From positions 56,360,001 to 56,424,000 of the forward strand of contig OZ076409.1 in assembly GCA_964187785.1 (NCBI GenBank): a stretch of 64,000 bases of DNA, given 5' to 3'. Shown piece by piece: positions 23,501-38,500 of this stretch; positions within the stretch are counted from its first letter, which is position 1; every line of letters starts with the position of its first letter. The stretch is from Amphiscolops sp. MND2022. Its lineage: Eukaryota. The position numbers and the translations under genes are program-made. The notes below the pieces were generated by a model. The model searched no databases and was not told where the DNA came from. It worked only from the letters and a program-made list of their open reading frames with translations.

Positions 23501-26500
23501 TTGCATTTTCAACCGTTTGCAATTTCGACCTAAACTAATTTTGGCTATTTAGTCTTAATTCGGTTGAGCTATTCTTCCGGTGTAATAATTACTAATGAAT
23601 CAAACAGCCTTAATTATTTGTAATAATCCATGAAGAAGCCAAAACATACCGAAACTGGCGTAAAAATTAGCACATTTGATTTTAGAAATGTATGAAAGTT
23701 AAAACCAAAATAATTATGTAACTAATTAGTATCCATTAGCTAAAATTAGTTTAGGTCGAAATTGCGAACGGTTGAAAATGCAATAGGTTGAAATTGTGAG
23801 CGGTTGAAATGGCAACGGTTGAAAGTGCATAGGTTGAAAGTGTATAGGACGAAATGTCATGTAACCTAATTTGAGGCATACTGTGTTTCGGTAGAGAAGT
23901 CGGAAATATTTAATAAAAAACAAGTATCTGATGATGGAAATCAAAGATGTGAGTCAAGATTTTTGGTACATGCAAAGAGGAAAATAGTGCATAAACTATT
24001 ATCACATATATGATAGTAACAAGACTCAAAGGATGCACCCTTACTAATTATTGATTCAGTCAATGAAGGCATAGACATGTTTTTGCACTAACGTCTTGGG
24101 AGGTGTACTTCATGCCCAGTTTAGAGGCCGAGAGGGCGTCTTGGGTGATGATGACGACATTGAGGTTCTCACTTGCAAGACTGAGTTTGCGTCTGTGCAC
24201 TGTCACACTGCCCTGGTCAGATGACGTCACCACCTGCAGGGGAGTCTCCTCAGTAGCCATCACGAAGCGACGCGCCAAGTCCTCCAGGTCTTCCACGATA
24301 CTGAAACATACAGAATAGCGCATATACAACATGTACTACTTAGTATGTACATGCAGGCAATTAAGATGCATTATATATAAAATTACTATTTCGACGGAAT
24401 TATACTTATACAATTACTTTTTGATGTTCCTAACGTAAGAAGTTCTTAATATTCATCGTTCTGTTTTCATGGGAGGCGGATATTTCGTTGTAAGAAATTT
24501 CGTCGAGAGAAGTTTCGTTGTATTATCAGATTCAAAAAATATCTCATTATAGAAGTAGAAGAAGATTATAGATCTCGTCAAAATTTCGTCGTATTTTAAA
24601 AAATTAACAGCGGCTTCTCAATAGAAACCAAATTAATTATTCAACTATTTAATCAATGAATGCGACTTTCGCAAATGTATAATTGGAGAACATCAGATTA
24701 AAAAATAGATTTCCTGGTAAAAACGAAATGTGTTGGCTTTTAGTCAAGAATTGATATAAATTTATAGGCATTTTCAAAATTTAATTGAAAATTATGAGTT
24801 GAAGCTTACTGCGTTTTTTTTGGTTTATAGATAGATTGCAATTTGCTCGAACTTTTATGATTGAATCAATCTTGACAACTCGAGTTCACGACTGTTATGC
24901 ATGTGACTCAGGTGACCTATGAACAAATAAATCGAAGCAGATTCTTGAAACAGTGGAAACGCTTCAGCTCTAAAATAAATATCCGGATCGTATTAAAATA
25001 GACGTAACTTTTGAATTATAAAACTTACAAAAGTGGACCCTATAGCGTTTCCACGAAAACAATATTTCAAACAAAACGAAAGGTCGACTATTTTTACCGT
25101 TATAATTTTTTCAAGAATTGTAGCAATGTATTAGAAAACGGTTTTCAATTAAGAAATTTAGTTTGCATATCGACTTAAGTTTGCAATTTCGAAATTGGGT
25201 ACTAAATTCGGAGTATGTTGTCTAAACTGTAAATTCCACATGCATCCTGTTTTTTAATCAATTTCAACGTTGCCGAGTTCTAGGAATCTAGCTTTCGGCT
25301 ACCGACTTCGGAGAAGCTAGCGAAACTTCCGTTTTTCCCTGAAATCTGATTTACTGTGATGTTTTTTTTCACGCCTTTTCTTCTACCGTGAATTGTAGTC
25401 AAAATTGTATTTCAAAAACTGATTCAACACCACTTATCTGAAGTTGACCTTTATGCGGCCGAATTTAATTAACCTCTCCAAGATAGCCATATTCCGCTTC
25501 ATTTCCAACAAAGCATGAACATAAAATGCACAAAACGGGTCTGAGTTCCATAAAAAGACGGGAATCTTTCTTATCAGATGTCTTTACAAGAGCTCTCAAG
25601 GAGAAAAATTGTGAAAACAACAAAATGGTGATTATGGAGAAAGTAAGCGGAACATTTTGGACAGATGAGCATTGTACTTTTAAGAAACAAGAGAAGTGTC
25701 CAATAATCGGTTATTCGGTGAACGTGTAAATTAAGCGTGATCAAATAATTTTTTGTCATAAATCAGTGTCTTATCAAAGGATAATAGTTTTTCCATCAGG
25801 TTCTCTTTACAACGCTTCGTATTTGATATTTCATCAAGTATACTGCCATATAGTTCACAGCGCTTAACTCTCATGTTCTAAGCTTTTTACTTAATATCCA
25901 TTTATCTTTCTTCTTTGATCATATTTTGTATTATAAAAACAGTTTTATTCAAACAATACCTCAGGTTTCTTCCCTAAAACATTGTTATTTTAACATAAAA
26001 GCAGCTGTTTTGTTGTTATTTTCTTGAAATTCAATATTTGTTTTCTGAAACAGTCAACAATATTGACCGTGGATGAACTTAGAGAATGAAAAAGATTCTG
26101 AAAACTCCAATAACAATTCGGTTTACCTTATATTTTTATTATAAACAGAAAATTCCAAATTTATTCTTTGAAATTTCAAAAGGCCGGAAAACTTCGATCA
26201 ATATTCGTCTCCGATAAAAATGCTGCATATAGCTGAAAAATGTTGAAATAACTCGAAAATCTCTTCAAAATTTGAAAAAATTCTTTACCGAATATCAACT
26301 AGTCACTTGTCGTTTCATAAATTTGATTCTCTTGGTTGAGAGATCCTTAGAGGCAATAAGTTTATTCTTCTAATAAAATTTCATTACTTTTTGCTTTCGT
26401 CGATACTCAATTAGACTTTTTCCTCGCGAATAAAAAAACAGAAAGCAGAAAAAATTAATTCAACCAACTCCACTAAAGCTCTTGAAAATGCCTTTTTGAT

Positions 26501-29500
26501 AAAACCCAACATTCAATTTTGAAACAATTTTATGAAATTTCATGAACGTTCTTGTGTGAACATTTTTAACATATCTCTTCTTCCGAAGACAAATAATTTG
26601 ATTGACGTGAACATCAGGTGTTAGTTGTTCAAGTTAATTTTCAAGACGATGTTCGTTTAATGCTTTCTTAGCTTTTCAAATTGACTCATAAATTTTTGAG
26701 AATTTTTTTGACAGTTGACATGTTGAGAGAATGTTTGTGACTACGGAATGATAACATTGAAAAGTCTGCAGATAGGCAAAAGTCATGAGAGACAACATTT
26801 GCATGCATCAATTAATTAAAATATACCTAATAAAAAATCTTTGATGGCGTATATACCGTATATAGTAAACATGAAGCACGAAATTAGCTTTTTTTGCATG
26901 AATGTTTCGACTTTTTTCAACTTCCATTTGAAGCCAAGTTTTGATGGCAAACGAGATTATGAAAGATATGATAATGAAGTTTCAAAGTTAACTAATCAAA
27001 TAGAAACGAAATTTGCCTGTGAAATTGACTAAATTCAATACACAGTCCTTGATGTTAAAATGAACTGAAAACAAAATGCTCAAAACTGTCTTTGTTTACG
27101 GAATGAAGTTAAATCTGAGAAGCGTCATAGTTGTCTTTAAACTGATGACAAAGTGAAATAACGGTTTCTCATTACGACATTTATTATCCCATGACTGAAA
27201 TGGACATTTTGGAAAACACTGAATGCAGCATTTTTTGGAATTTCGACTTCGAAGGAAAAAAGCCCGACTTTAACAGTGGCGAGTTCTCAAGCTTAGCTTC
27301 TCATGATTACATGTACTCAAACCAACCAAAATCTCGTTACAAAATTTTCTCAATTTCACATCAGCGCAAATGCTCCAGGTTGGTGACTGAAGTTCTCATC
27401 TCGTGTTTTGCATTGAAATGGCAGGGTGAAACTGATTAAGCCTCAGCAGAAGTTTAAACAAATAATTTTTTAATTAAAACTTGCAAAACTTCATGGCTCT
27501 GAATTGCCACCAAATTTAGGACGCATCTTTCAGGTAGCTTGATGAAATTCAATTGAAACAGTGAAGCCTTAGTGCATACAAATTGCAGTAGGGGTTTTGT
27601 AAAATTATGATTTTTTCATTTCGTTTTCTCGGTTTGAGATTAAAGCTTCCGGTATTGTATTTTTCGGTTTTTTTCTTTAGAATGAATTTTGTTTGACCAT
27701 TTCAACTGTTTTCTTCAGTTCGAGCTTCTTTTTTTTCATTAATTCATCTCGGAGTTTTGTATCCGTAACTGCGGTTATAAATTGTGAGACAAGTAATTCT
27801 TCGACTGTAATTCCTTCAAATGCACACTGTTTTTCGATTTCTATCAATCTCCGCCAGAAGTCTTCCGGTGTCTCCGTTTCAGTCTGTCTTGTCCAGGAAA
27901 ATTCTCGGCGGTGGTGATAGGTGTTTCTTTCCGGTAAGAAGTATTAATTGAATAGTCGGATAAGATCTTTCACTGCTATCTTGTCCTGTTCGGTTTTATA
28001 TTCTGCCCGAGTCATCTGATACAATGTTTCGGGGCCTATGCTCCATATGAAGTCTTCTTTTATTCCAGTGTTTTGTGTCATTTCGGCTCCCCGTATTAGT
28101 TCGGAAATGTCTATTTTGTGTTTTCTTTTTGTGTATTGCCGAAATCTTTCGAGCCACAGTATCGGTGTGAATATTCTTTTCTCGTCTTGTGCGGCTTCGA
28201 GATTCGATACTTCAATCTGTTTTCCTTCTTGTGTCATTGTCTTTGTTCCAATAAAATTTAGCAGATAATTAGGATTGCTGACTGCGCCATGTTTTATTTC
28301 TTGGTTAGGATAAGAAAACAAGTTTTTTTTTGTGTTACAACGTTTTCCACAGTAAAGTATCTGCCAGAGTGAAGCAATCTATACAATAGCTATACAACGT
28401 TATCAAATGATGCGATCATAAAACAACATACGAACACAATGTTTACAAACACAACATAAATATCATTTGATTCTAATCTAGCTTGTATGGTCGGTTTCGA
28501 TCAAAGTTTGGTTGACAGCTTCACTGAAAGAATCGGTCCGGTATGAACACCGTATAACAAGCAACCTACAAAAAATGTTCAAAACGTTAGTTCAAGCAGT
28601 TTCAAAGACGGGAAGAAGGTGCAAACAAATCAGATATGAACATTTTAATTTAGAATCGTTGCTGATGTCAAAGCTGATAACACTACGTTCATTCTATATC
28701 TTTCGATCTTTTTCTCAGAGGCCATTAGTATGGATTAATGCTCAAAAAATTTTGGTCAAGGGCGAGACACGAACCCATGTCCTTCTGCTTGGCAGCTTTC
28801 AAAAAATCCTAATTAACCTCTGTGCCAAATGCCAGTAGAAGTAGCAGTTTTGTATGGCAGTTAGAGTTTGTGGAACCCAGCTTATAAAACTTAAAAAGTC
28901 TGTCACTTCTTTGGTCTTAAAAAAAGAAAAAAAGAAATGTCACTGCTCTAGTCTGCGTTTTCTACGAAAAGCGCCGATTAACTAGAAGCTGAAGTTGCAA
29001 ATAATTGCCCGTGCAGAATGCCAAACCAATAACATTATCCAGGTGATGAAAAGATCGCAAGGTTTCTAGACCAAAGGTTTGTTGAGGAAAATGATGAGAC
29101 TTACGAGTCTGTCGAAAATGCATTGGATGCATGCGTATTTGAGTCAACAGCAAAAGACAAGTTGAACGCTGACTAACTTCGTTAGACAAACGGAAATGGA
29201 AACTGAGAAACTCGAAGAGTTTGATGACTTGGTGTTCATCTCTAGACATCCCTTACGTGCAGAAGAAGTACAATAGTGTAAGAAATAAACCTTTATTTGT
29301 GAAAAAAAACTGGACCAGAACAAAACTAGCTCTGATTTCTCAAGTTATTTGAAAATCAGGTTTTTTACCTATAAAATTAATATCAGAGCAATCTGCTAGT
29401 TAAGGCGATTGTACCTATAATCTTAAACATTCAATTGGTTTTTCCAGCCCCTTAACTTCATGAGTAAAATACTTCATGAGAACGAAAGAAACATTTGGCC

Positions 29501-32500
29501 TAATTTGTAACTTTTGTTTTTTTTGCAGGTACTCTTCATTTCCTGAAGACATTGAACTGTTTTACATCAAGATAATCGGTATTATATAGTTTTTGATAAG
29601 GATTTTTCATTATTTTATTTCATTTACTATCTTAATACGTGGAACACAGCTATTTTTCGCACAGATTGGGGATTATGTTTTCGGTATTTGAATTTTTACC
29701 AATAAAATTAATATCAGGAGAATATGTTAAATAAGGCGATTGTACCCATTATCTTGAACATTCATTTTGCCTTGCCAGTCCCTTAAATTCATGAGTAATC
29801 CCCATGTAAAATGCTAGCATTGTTTATAAGCAGTCCGCATTATTTCTTACAAATAAGGTTTCAGTTCTTTTCTTACACTATTGTAGATTCCAAAGTGGGC
29901 AATTTTTCAGCGGGCAATATGAAGAAGGGTTTTTACACAAGTTGAGTAGTTGAGGAACAAAAGTGTAAAAAGTGAGACGATGAGGAAATAGTTTTCAGTT
30001 TTGATTGGACGCTGTTTTGTAATTGTACAAAGTTTGCCCAAGCAGGCCCCATTTTCCATGTTTGGTAAAAAAAATAGCCTCGTATGCATGAAAGCAACAT
30101 GAAAAGCTGGCATCTACCTTTTCTGGTATCTACCAAACAAGCTAGCCTCCAAAAAATTTAAAAGCTATTTCAGTTTTCACAAGTTAGCCTCTATCCATTA
30201 ATTTCTTCCACTATTTGTCTTCAGACAGGCAAACAGTCCTTTTTGCAATTTCAGGCTCTAAAATACAAAGAGGTCTAATTGATTTGTCGAATTGCTTATT
30301 GGTTGCGTGCCTATGAGTCTGACGTTAGTCTTCAGCGCCAATTACCCTAACAACTAGCAAAGACTAATTTTTTGTATTCCTTTGCTAAACAATTGTTTTT
30401 GTTGCTCTTTTGCAAGGACAATTTTCTCTTTGTTGTAGGTTTTGCTGGACAGATGTCAGCCAACCAATATTTTGACAACTTTAGCGTATCGAACTTTTGC
30501 TCAGATAAAAAAACTGAAACACCCGATTCAATAATGCTCGACTCAGAAGTGCACAGAATAATAGTTGAATTGAATGCACTTGGATTGGGGACTATAATTT
30601 GGGAGATGTACGAGAACCAAATTGACTGAGCCACTTGTTTGGAATAGTTTTCTCATCCCACTTTCCCAAAATTCTGTTTTTTTAGTAGTAACCTCAACAT
30701 GAAATGTTTTTTGAACTTTGAACTATATTGATACATTTTTCAGACGCTGAAACATGAGTCAAAATATTGGGGGTCAATTTCTTCTACTTGATTGTCAATC
30801 GTCATTACGACGCCAATCGGGAAAAAACAGTGACTGCAACAAATCTGTTGTAGTCTTATGTGGATTCTTCAACTGCATTATAACACATGCGTTTCAAGAA
30901 TTGAGAAAAGTGGAGATACGGTATCATTATTCTATTTCTATGATTTTTATAGAAAAAAACACCAAAAAGTCGAAGTTTGCACAATTTAGAGTTCGATGAC
31001 GCGATGATCAATTTATTTGACATTTTAATGTCTTATTGCCATTTCAGAGCATAGATGCCACATAGAGTTGGTTTAAAAAAGGTAATAACCTATGCCAACC
31101 CCATTCGAACATTCGATAAACTGTTCTCACGATAATAAACCGTTCTCACGAAGATTGACTTTGTTGAAATTACGTTACAAGTAGCCATTACAGAAGTCAC
31201 AGTGTTCATTTTCGATCCAGAAATTGAACATTCATCGTGAAATTTAGAGAGTAACGATTTCGAATAATTGAACCAAGAAACGACACGTTACACCTATTTG
31301 CCACATCATCCTTAAAATTTCAGCTTCTACATTCAAATGCGGTCGTAGAATGTTTGCTTAATATTGGTAAAAGGGTTGATTTGAAACAGCAGCAGCGGCG
31401 CTATCTCGCAGGTGCAGTTTTCGTGGTTTTTGCTTCAATTATGAATGTTTTGATAATATTTGTGAAGTAGAAATATAAACGGCTAGTTGTCTACCCTTTA
31501 AAATAAGTTAATGTGAATTTAATGGATCACCTGCAGAATCGCCTCGAGATTAGATGCGTAAAGACGTGGCTTCAAGACTCGAGACAATGCTTGAAAACTT
31601 TTTGTATGCAAGAGGTATTGTTTTACGAGTTAGTTTCTAACTAATATTTTATGAGACCATACACGAAGTTCAATGTGCAAATGAGCCACTGCCAACGTGC
31701 AAAAGGGAGTTTTAGAGGATTAGGAGAATAGTCAGTAAGCATCCATTGTAAAGTAGTTTTTTGAAATGAAAAGCGTCCCGGTGGAAACTAACAGAGGTGT
31801 CGACATTTAGGCGGTCTAAGATTAACCCTCACCGCATTGCCACGCCTACTATGGTACGACCGCACTACGAATTTCATTTGAAATAGTTTCTAAAAAGATT
31901 TCTGCACTACAATTTCCAATTTAACCAAATATGGTAAAAATTTTGTCCGAAACACAAATTCGTTTTTCATCGCGCATGCTCAAGTTCTAACTGGAGAACT
32001 GTCTGGTGGACCTTTCGATGTTATTCTTGCGCTCCCGTTGACGTGTGTGAAAGTGTATTGTTATTTCATTGTAAATAGGGGGTTTCCCTGAAGTTCATCA
32101 GTGATAGCCCTGTCAGTGTCTATTGTGTTGTGGTTGGCCAGTCAAAAATTGCACGTCGTGATATTTGTGAGGTTTTGATCTGGATTTTGAAGAACCTCGG
32201 ATGCAGTCTCGCATTGAGTTTTGCAGATTGTGTCTTTATTTCAATGTAGATGAGTGTTTTTCATTGATGGGGCTTTGCCATGGACCGGGACCGTATTGAT
32301 TGATCATATCTTGCATAGTATGGCGTATCGTACTATCATACGTTTCGTAATACGATTATCATATGACATCACGCCAATTATCTACTGCTGAAGTGGTCCC
32401 ATGCAACTTCTTGCATTTGAACGCAGTGAGCTAGAATCGTTCAAACGCTTCAAAAATGCAAACAACCAAATGAGACTTTTGATAGCACTCAGTTAGCTGA

Positions 32501-35500
32501 TGGAATAAATTTCAAATCCGGTATAGAATTGGTTCAAAAAGCGTCATCGACATTAGGTATTCAATACTAGCAATCTCTGGAACTGAGATTGAAATACATA
32601 CATAAAAATTGAATTACTAAGTTGTTTATTTGAGGCGTCGGCCAGGTTCACGGCTCCGTGGAGGAACAAATTACTGTTATCAGAGGTTATCAGTTATTTG
32701 AATATTGAATATTGCCGTGAATTATGTTGCTGTCATTTTCTCCCGGACGCTGAGTCTTCCAAAGTTCTCAGGTTGCATTGTTCTCGCAGCTTTTCAAGTG
32801 ATTATTTCTGAGTTTTCTGTCAATTTCATCTAGAGTCCCAAAACACTGCTACTTGACTGGCTATGTGGTATGTGTTGGTCTTTTTGTAACGTCCGGCTAG
32901 CGGCGCACATCTAGGAAGAGGGACAATGCCTAGGGTGCTTAAACAGGAGACCGTTGTCTTACTACACTCCTAAACACTAGTTTTTGATCCCAAAATGGTC
33001 TCCATGGGGGACTTTTCTAACGTCTAAGGAGGCTCCTCTAGTTAGAGCTCCGAGGCGACGTGCCGGCACTCTCAAAGTCCGGACACGCCCCACAAGCCTG
33101 TAAAAACAAATCCTAAGGTTTTTAGCACGTTCCCGCCATCTCCTACATACTTCCGAGGTCCAAAAAGATGTTTATCCGAAAAATGTCATTTCGACAGTTA
33201 TGGACATGAAATGCTGACCTAGAAGGTCAGGCATGGGGGAAATAACAAAGTGCATTATAAATTAACAAATTAAAGGGGGATAAGCCCCAAGTGAGAATAC
33301 AGTTACTGTTTGTAGATTTTCGGGGATCCAGTCATGCCATTCTAGAACAGTTCTGCTTTCTCTCCCAAAGGGATGGCATAGCACCGGGTAGCGTTCGTCG
33401 TATTCTGCACCGTGTGAATCTTCATGTCAACAGTCGTTTTGCTTCCTTTCTTTATCATCTCCTGTTGTTCTTCCTTTTCGCGTGTTCTTTTTTTTATTTT
33501 TGGGTTTCAACGACCTGCCAGGTCGGCCATTTTGATTCGCACATTTTCTGGTTCTTGATCGAATTTTTCATCGAAAATTTGGTGTTGACTGGTGGACGTT
33601 ACATTTATTGTTTGTACCTTGGAGAGCTCTGCTCCAATTGGTTCGTACTGCTGTTGCTTGGAGCTAGGTGCAGGGGTACTTGTATCCAACCCCTCCATTA
33701 CCCATGCTGAGAGGAAGTCGGTGCTTCGTTGGGGTAATTGGTGGTGCGGTTAGGTTACGAGGGTTGGTGGTTGAGAGATTGGGATCTTTGCCTTTATGAA
33801 CTTTTGCTGATTTCTCTCCAACTTTATTGATTGACTTCCTAACAATCTCCGGAACGAGAACCAACTTTCTGCATGAGCCAATGAAAATTCATTCACCTCC
33901 AGATAGACTTATTCGGTTTCGTTCAATTCATCGTTCGGTAAGGGGCTGAGCTGTGATAGATTCTGAATGTAAACTTGTTTTAGAGCGTTGAATTTATCAA
34001 CAGAAGAGAAGTTAATTTCACCATTGCCGCGGGTTGGACGCCGAATAAGCAGTTCTGTTTTCTAAGTCGGCGCCCTTTCGGATACTATCTCCCCATAGCA
34101 AGCTATGGCATCATATTTGCAGCCAAGTGGTCAAGCAATTGTGGGCTTGAAGTTGTGATTTCAAAGTGACTTGCTTAAGGTCACAAAGATCTGACTGCTC
34201 ACCGTTGCTCTTTTTCTTTTGCTTTTCTCAGCCAAATGCGTTTATTTTTGTCACTGACCATACCACTAAGCTAGGGATGAAGGACTTGCTTAAGGACCAA
34301 CAATGGTGAATTGAGAGATTCGAACCTGATACCACCCCAGTACATACCGAATGCTCTAACTACGCCATGCTCCCTTAGTGTCAACTGATGACATAATAAG
34401 TACTTCGATAAGCACTGAATCTGAGATCAACCCCCAGTGACGGCCAAGTCACACTATTGAGAATCTGTTGTTAGTGGTGATAGATCTACTTGAGTTGGAT
34501 GGTGCTTCAAATGAAGGTCAGGACATGGGTTAGAGTTCATGGTTAGGGCTATGGATTGCACCAATCGAATCCTCTAGCTCAAATGTTCGTGTAGAATCGT
34601 CAAATTACCACCCTAACGGCAAATTACGTCATCTATAAGACAAGTGTTCATCTTTCAATCTCATAAATAGTTAATGGCAATGGCGTTTAATGACGTTTGT
34701 CGGTAATTTGAACTTTTGTTACTCGCCATAAGCGTGATAAAAGGGTCCTGTAAATAATTTGTTATGATGTTTTTGACATGCCAAATTTGTAGCTGAGCTG
34801 GATACATTTGGTGAGTACTGATTGTTAGACACTTGTTTTCGTCTACTTGACTACATCATACTAATGGGCAATAGGCTGATCGATGGTTACGAATGGGTAA
34901 AATGGGAAATTGTGTGCCACTAGACAGACAGTCATTCCGAGTCAGAATACTGAGTTTGCTTGTGTTAGATGTCTTTTAAAGCTTTCTTTCCTGTCTATCA
35001 ATAATGAAATTTCCCCATTCAGTGGATGTGAAAGTTTGCATGGTCCATGTATGGCTTGCATACGATCTCTGAACAGGATATTAACAACTGTGGCACAGTC
35101 ACGACCAAAATTTTGGTGCGGTCGTTTCTGTAGTACCACAGCTTTACTATGACTTCCCTGGAAGGTCAACCATTGGTCCAATGATATTGTTCTACCTACA
35201 TAGTAGATTTTTTCTACATCTTATGATTTCAAAAAGTTTTCACTATATGATATCTGAGAATTTTTTGAAGGTAATTGAATCAGTGGTAAAATTATAGTTC
35301 TGCAAAATATCATTGCGAATGTGCATCTTTTACACTTCATGCCATTTTTCTTTGAAAAACTTTTCTAATCCCTAGTACACCATCCAAAATTTGTTGATAC
35401 ATTTTTTAAAATAAATTTCCGATGCGAAGAGTTGTTGTATGTACTCTTTTGAAAGTTTAAGGCGTCTATGTAAAGGTGAAAACCGTGGCGTCAGCATACG

Positions 35501-38500
35501 AAGGTTAAACGCATATTTTTATGTCAGTTTCACCTTTGATTCCATTTACAACAGATTAGAAAATACGATTGGAAATGAATTCTTCAAATTGGTGTTTTTT
35601 TAACTTACAATCCCAACAATAACCTAATTGTATGAATTTTCTTGAATGTCTTGAAATGGAGATTTGAGTAGTGCCATGTCGAGTTAACTTTGTGTACATT
35701 TAGTAATAAAATAGAGGCAAATAAACATGATATCAGTAGGTCGAGGTTATACTGAACTCATCACAGCAAGGTCAATATCGCAGCATGCATTGATTGATTG
35801 ATGCATCGAAAACTTCTAGTCTTTTTCCGGAGCAACGGGAAAACATTCACGAAAACATTCTAATTCTAGGTCATTTCATAGCAGTAAGCAGCTGAATTTG
35901 AAAGAAAATTGAGGAAAGTAAAGGAAAAATAGCTGTAATCTCATGTCCTCGAAAGCTGGAAAATAAAAAATGTGTATTTTTATGATCGCTCCAGGAGACA
36001 ATCGTGAAAAAGGACGTTGTTCGAAAAAGGCTCCGTTCTAATATCATTGTCGGATACGGACCATCAAAAGGGCTTTGATTGAGTGCTTAAACGCTCGTCA
36101 TATGATAATACAAGCTTTGATTGTTCCTCTTTGTTCTGAAAAAAAACTGCTAAAAAGATAGTGTTCATGCTAATTTTCAATAGACGAATATGACTTCGAT
36201 CTTTGGATGAAAATTTCAACGGTAGAGCAATCACCATATTTGGAATTATCTTCATAAAAGTGTCAATTTTTTCAAAAATCTGAAAGGGAGGAGATATGAT
36301 GAGGAAACATTCACAGTTTTTGGATAGTTTTGAAAAATTGTACTAATTTTTTCAATATGTTGATTGAAAATTCGATATGAAATACCAGGTTTTGGTTCAA
36401 TAAACCCAAACCTTGAAATGTCGATACTACATTGATTTTTGTTTTTGAAGTTTAAAACTTATAGGGTTCAAAATTTTTGGGGTTTAATGGATAGAGAAGC
36501 AAGTCTTACACAGTGTCCATTTCTACAGAGACTTAACAACTCGATCGAAGAGCAGCAATGTAATGAGGTTTCTTTTAAATAGAAGTAGTTTCTGACAACT
36601 CACCTTGACAACTCACCTTCATAAACGTGTCGCCATTTTTGATTGCAAACAACTTGAATATTTTTAATTCTGAATTTAAAAAGCACAGGCGTTACTTGAA
36701 TTATTTCAGCAAGTTTCAACAGTTGGATGCAATTGGGAACTCCTAGTGACAATGTAAAGAACGGATTCCGATGTTCGAAACAATAAATCTTTGAAGCAAA
36801 ATTTTTAAAAATAGTTAGCAAAAATTGAAGCAAAATTTTTAAACTGATTTGTAGATTTTGATAGTTTTTAGTGGGAATTTGGAGTTATGTTTTTTTTTAC
36901 TATTATGCAACTGATATCGACAAAAGATTTACATGCGATGTAACCAAACCGGGTTCAATAAAAAGCAGTGAGCTAATTGCTTGTTCCAGCCAATAAAACA
37001 TTTTGAATTAGGGCGGTCTTGTGTACGGAAAGGTGGGGTAGAAGTCTTCGTTGCAAATGTATTGTAAATTAAATATCCCAGGGATGGCATTTTATAGGTA
37101 GTTTGTATCATTATTAATAAGGAGGAGCCAATCCCACGATTACCATTTTGACTTGGCTCGAAGTCGGAGAGCAAAATATGGTGAATTTTCGCAACTTGAT
37201 TACATGTAATCTAGTTCTCTGTGGGCTGCCTTGTCAGAATTGGCGTTTAATTTTTACCTAGGAGTTACTGTCATAACCGTCATAAACAAATAGGCTATGC
37301 AAAAGTCATCAATTTCAGTACCTGTCAGTGCCAGAACCAGAAGGAAAGTATCATTTCACCCCACATGCATTTCTTGTGGCCTTCTCAAAGGCTAATTAGT
37401 GTAAAAACCAGTTGATTAAGCGAGATTTGGGTTGATTTGAACTGATGTGAAATGATTTCGAAGTGAAAACAGCACACGAAGATTCCAATTAAGATTTGGA
37501 CTTGATTAATGGGTTAAAACGATGGAGAATACAACAAGACGCCCGCTGAGCAGCGAGATATTTTCCACCCGAACTGTTCTACAACTACATAAATTTGAGG
37601 CTCAAGGATAACTAATGCACTATAAAAACGCTAAGAAGTTCGAACAAAAGAAAGCTTCGATTTATCTTTGCCCAGTTGTGAAGGAAACACCTTTATTTTA
37701 GTATTTCTGCGATAGCTGGCCAGTTTTCGTAATTTCGACACTATGCGACTTACCGAGTTAAACTTTTCCCTTTTTTTCGAAAACAATTTTTCTCTAAAGG
37801 CCGACTGAAATAAGCATTCAATCCTTGTTGAACCTTTGCCATCGTTCTGAATCCAAAACGCATCAAAATGTAGACATGGGTTGCTTAAAAACGATGATGT
37901 TGAAAGCAAAAAATGTTGATGTTTTTGAAGCAAAACGCTACAACGTTCTCTTCAAAAAATGTATTGCATAGCTCGTTCTTTCGTTGTTGAGCGTTATGGA
38001 ACTAATAACGAAGACGTTCGGGAATTGTACGGAAATTGCATCAAAAACGACAAAATCGTCGAATTTTTGGACTACTTCAAGGTCAATTTCAGACACTTTT
38101 GAATTAAAAATTGTTATCTGTTGTCGAAAGCTTACAGAGACAACAACTTTCTCATTGTTCAGGGGTTTTAACATTCTAGTTCACAAGGTCTATCGATAGT
38201 TTGGCAATAATTGAAGAAAAATGATGAAAATAGAAAATTTTGAACTTTTTCCTTTTTCGATGTCAATTCCAGACATTTTTCATTTGAAAAGCTGCATTTA
38301 TCGTTCCACTAAGCATACGGGACATTTGTTCCTTGTTGACCCTTTCCAACATTCCAATCTCCGGAGTTTGTTGAAAATTTTTAAGAAAAACTGCAAAAAA
38401 CTTTGAAAATTGAAAAATTTTGGGATTTTCGTCAATTTCGGTGTCAAGTTGAGACTTTTTCATTCGAAAACTGAAACTATCTCATCCTTAAAGACTACCA

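Noticed and set aside
30347..30634. Overlapping 85-95 aa ORFs
   Set aside because: No motif, no convincing splice sites and no role in the gene model.
32000..33900. Coding-like tract, possibly a decayed retroelement ORF with an LTR
   Set aside because: It has multiple stops, no recognisable domain and no definable termini, so it cannot be called without a search.
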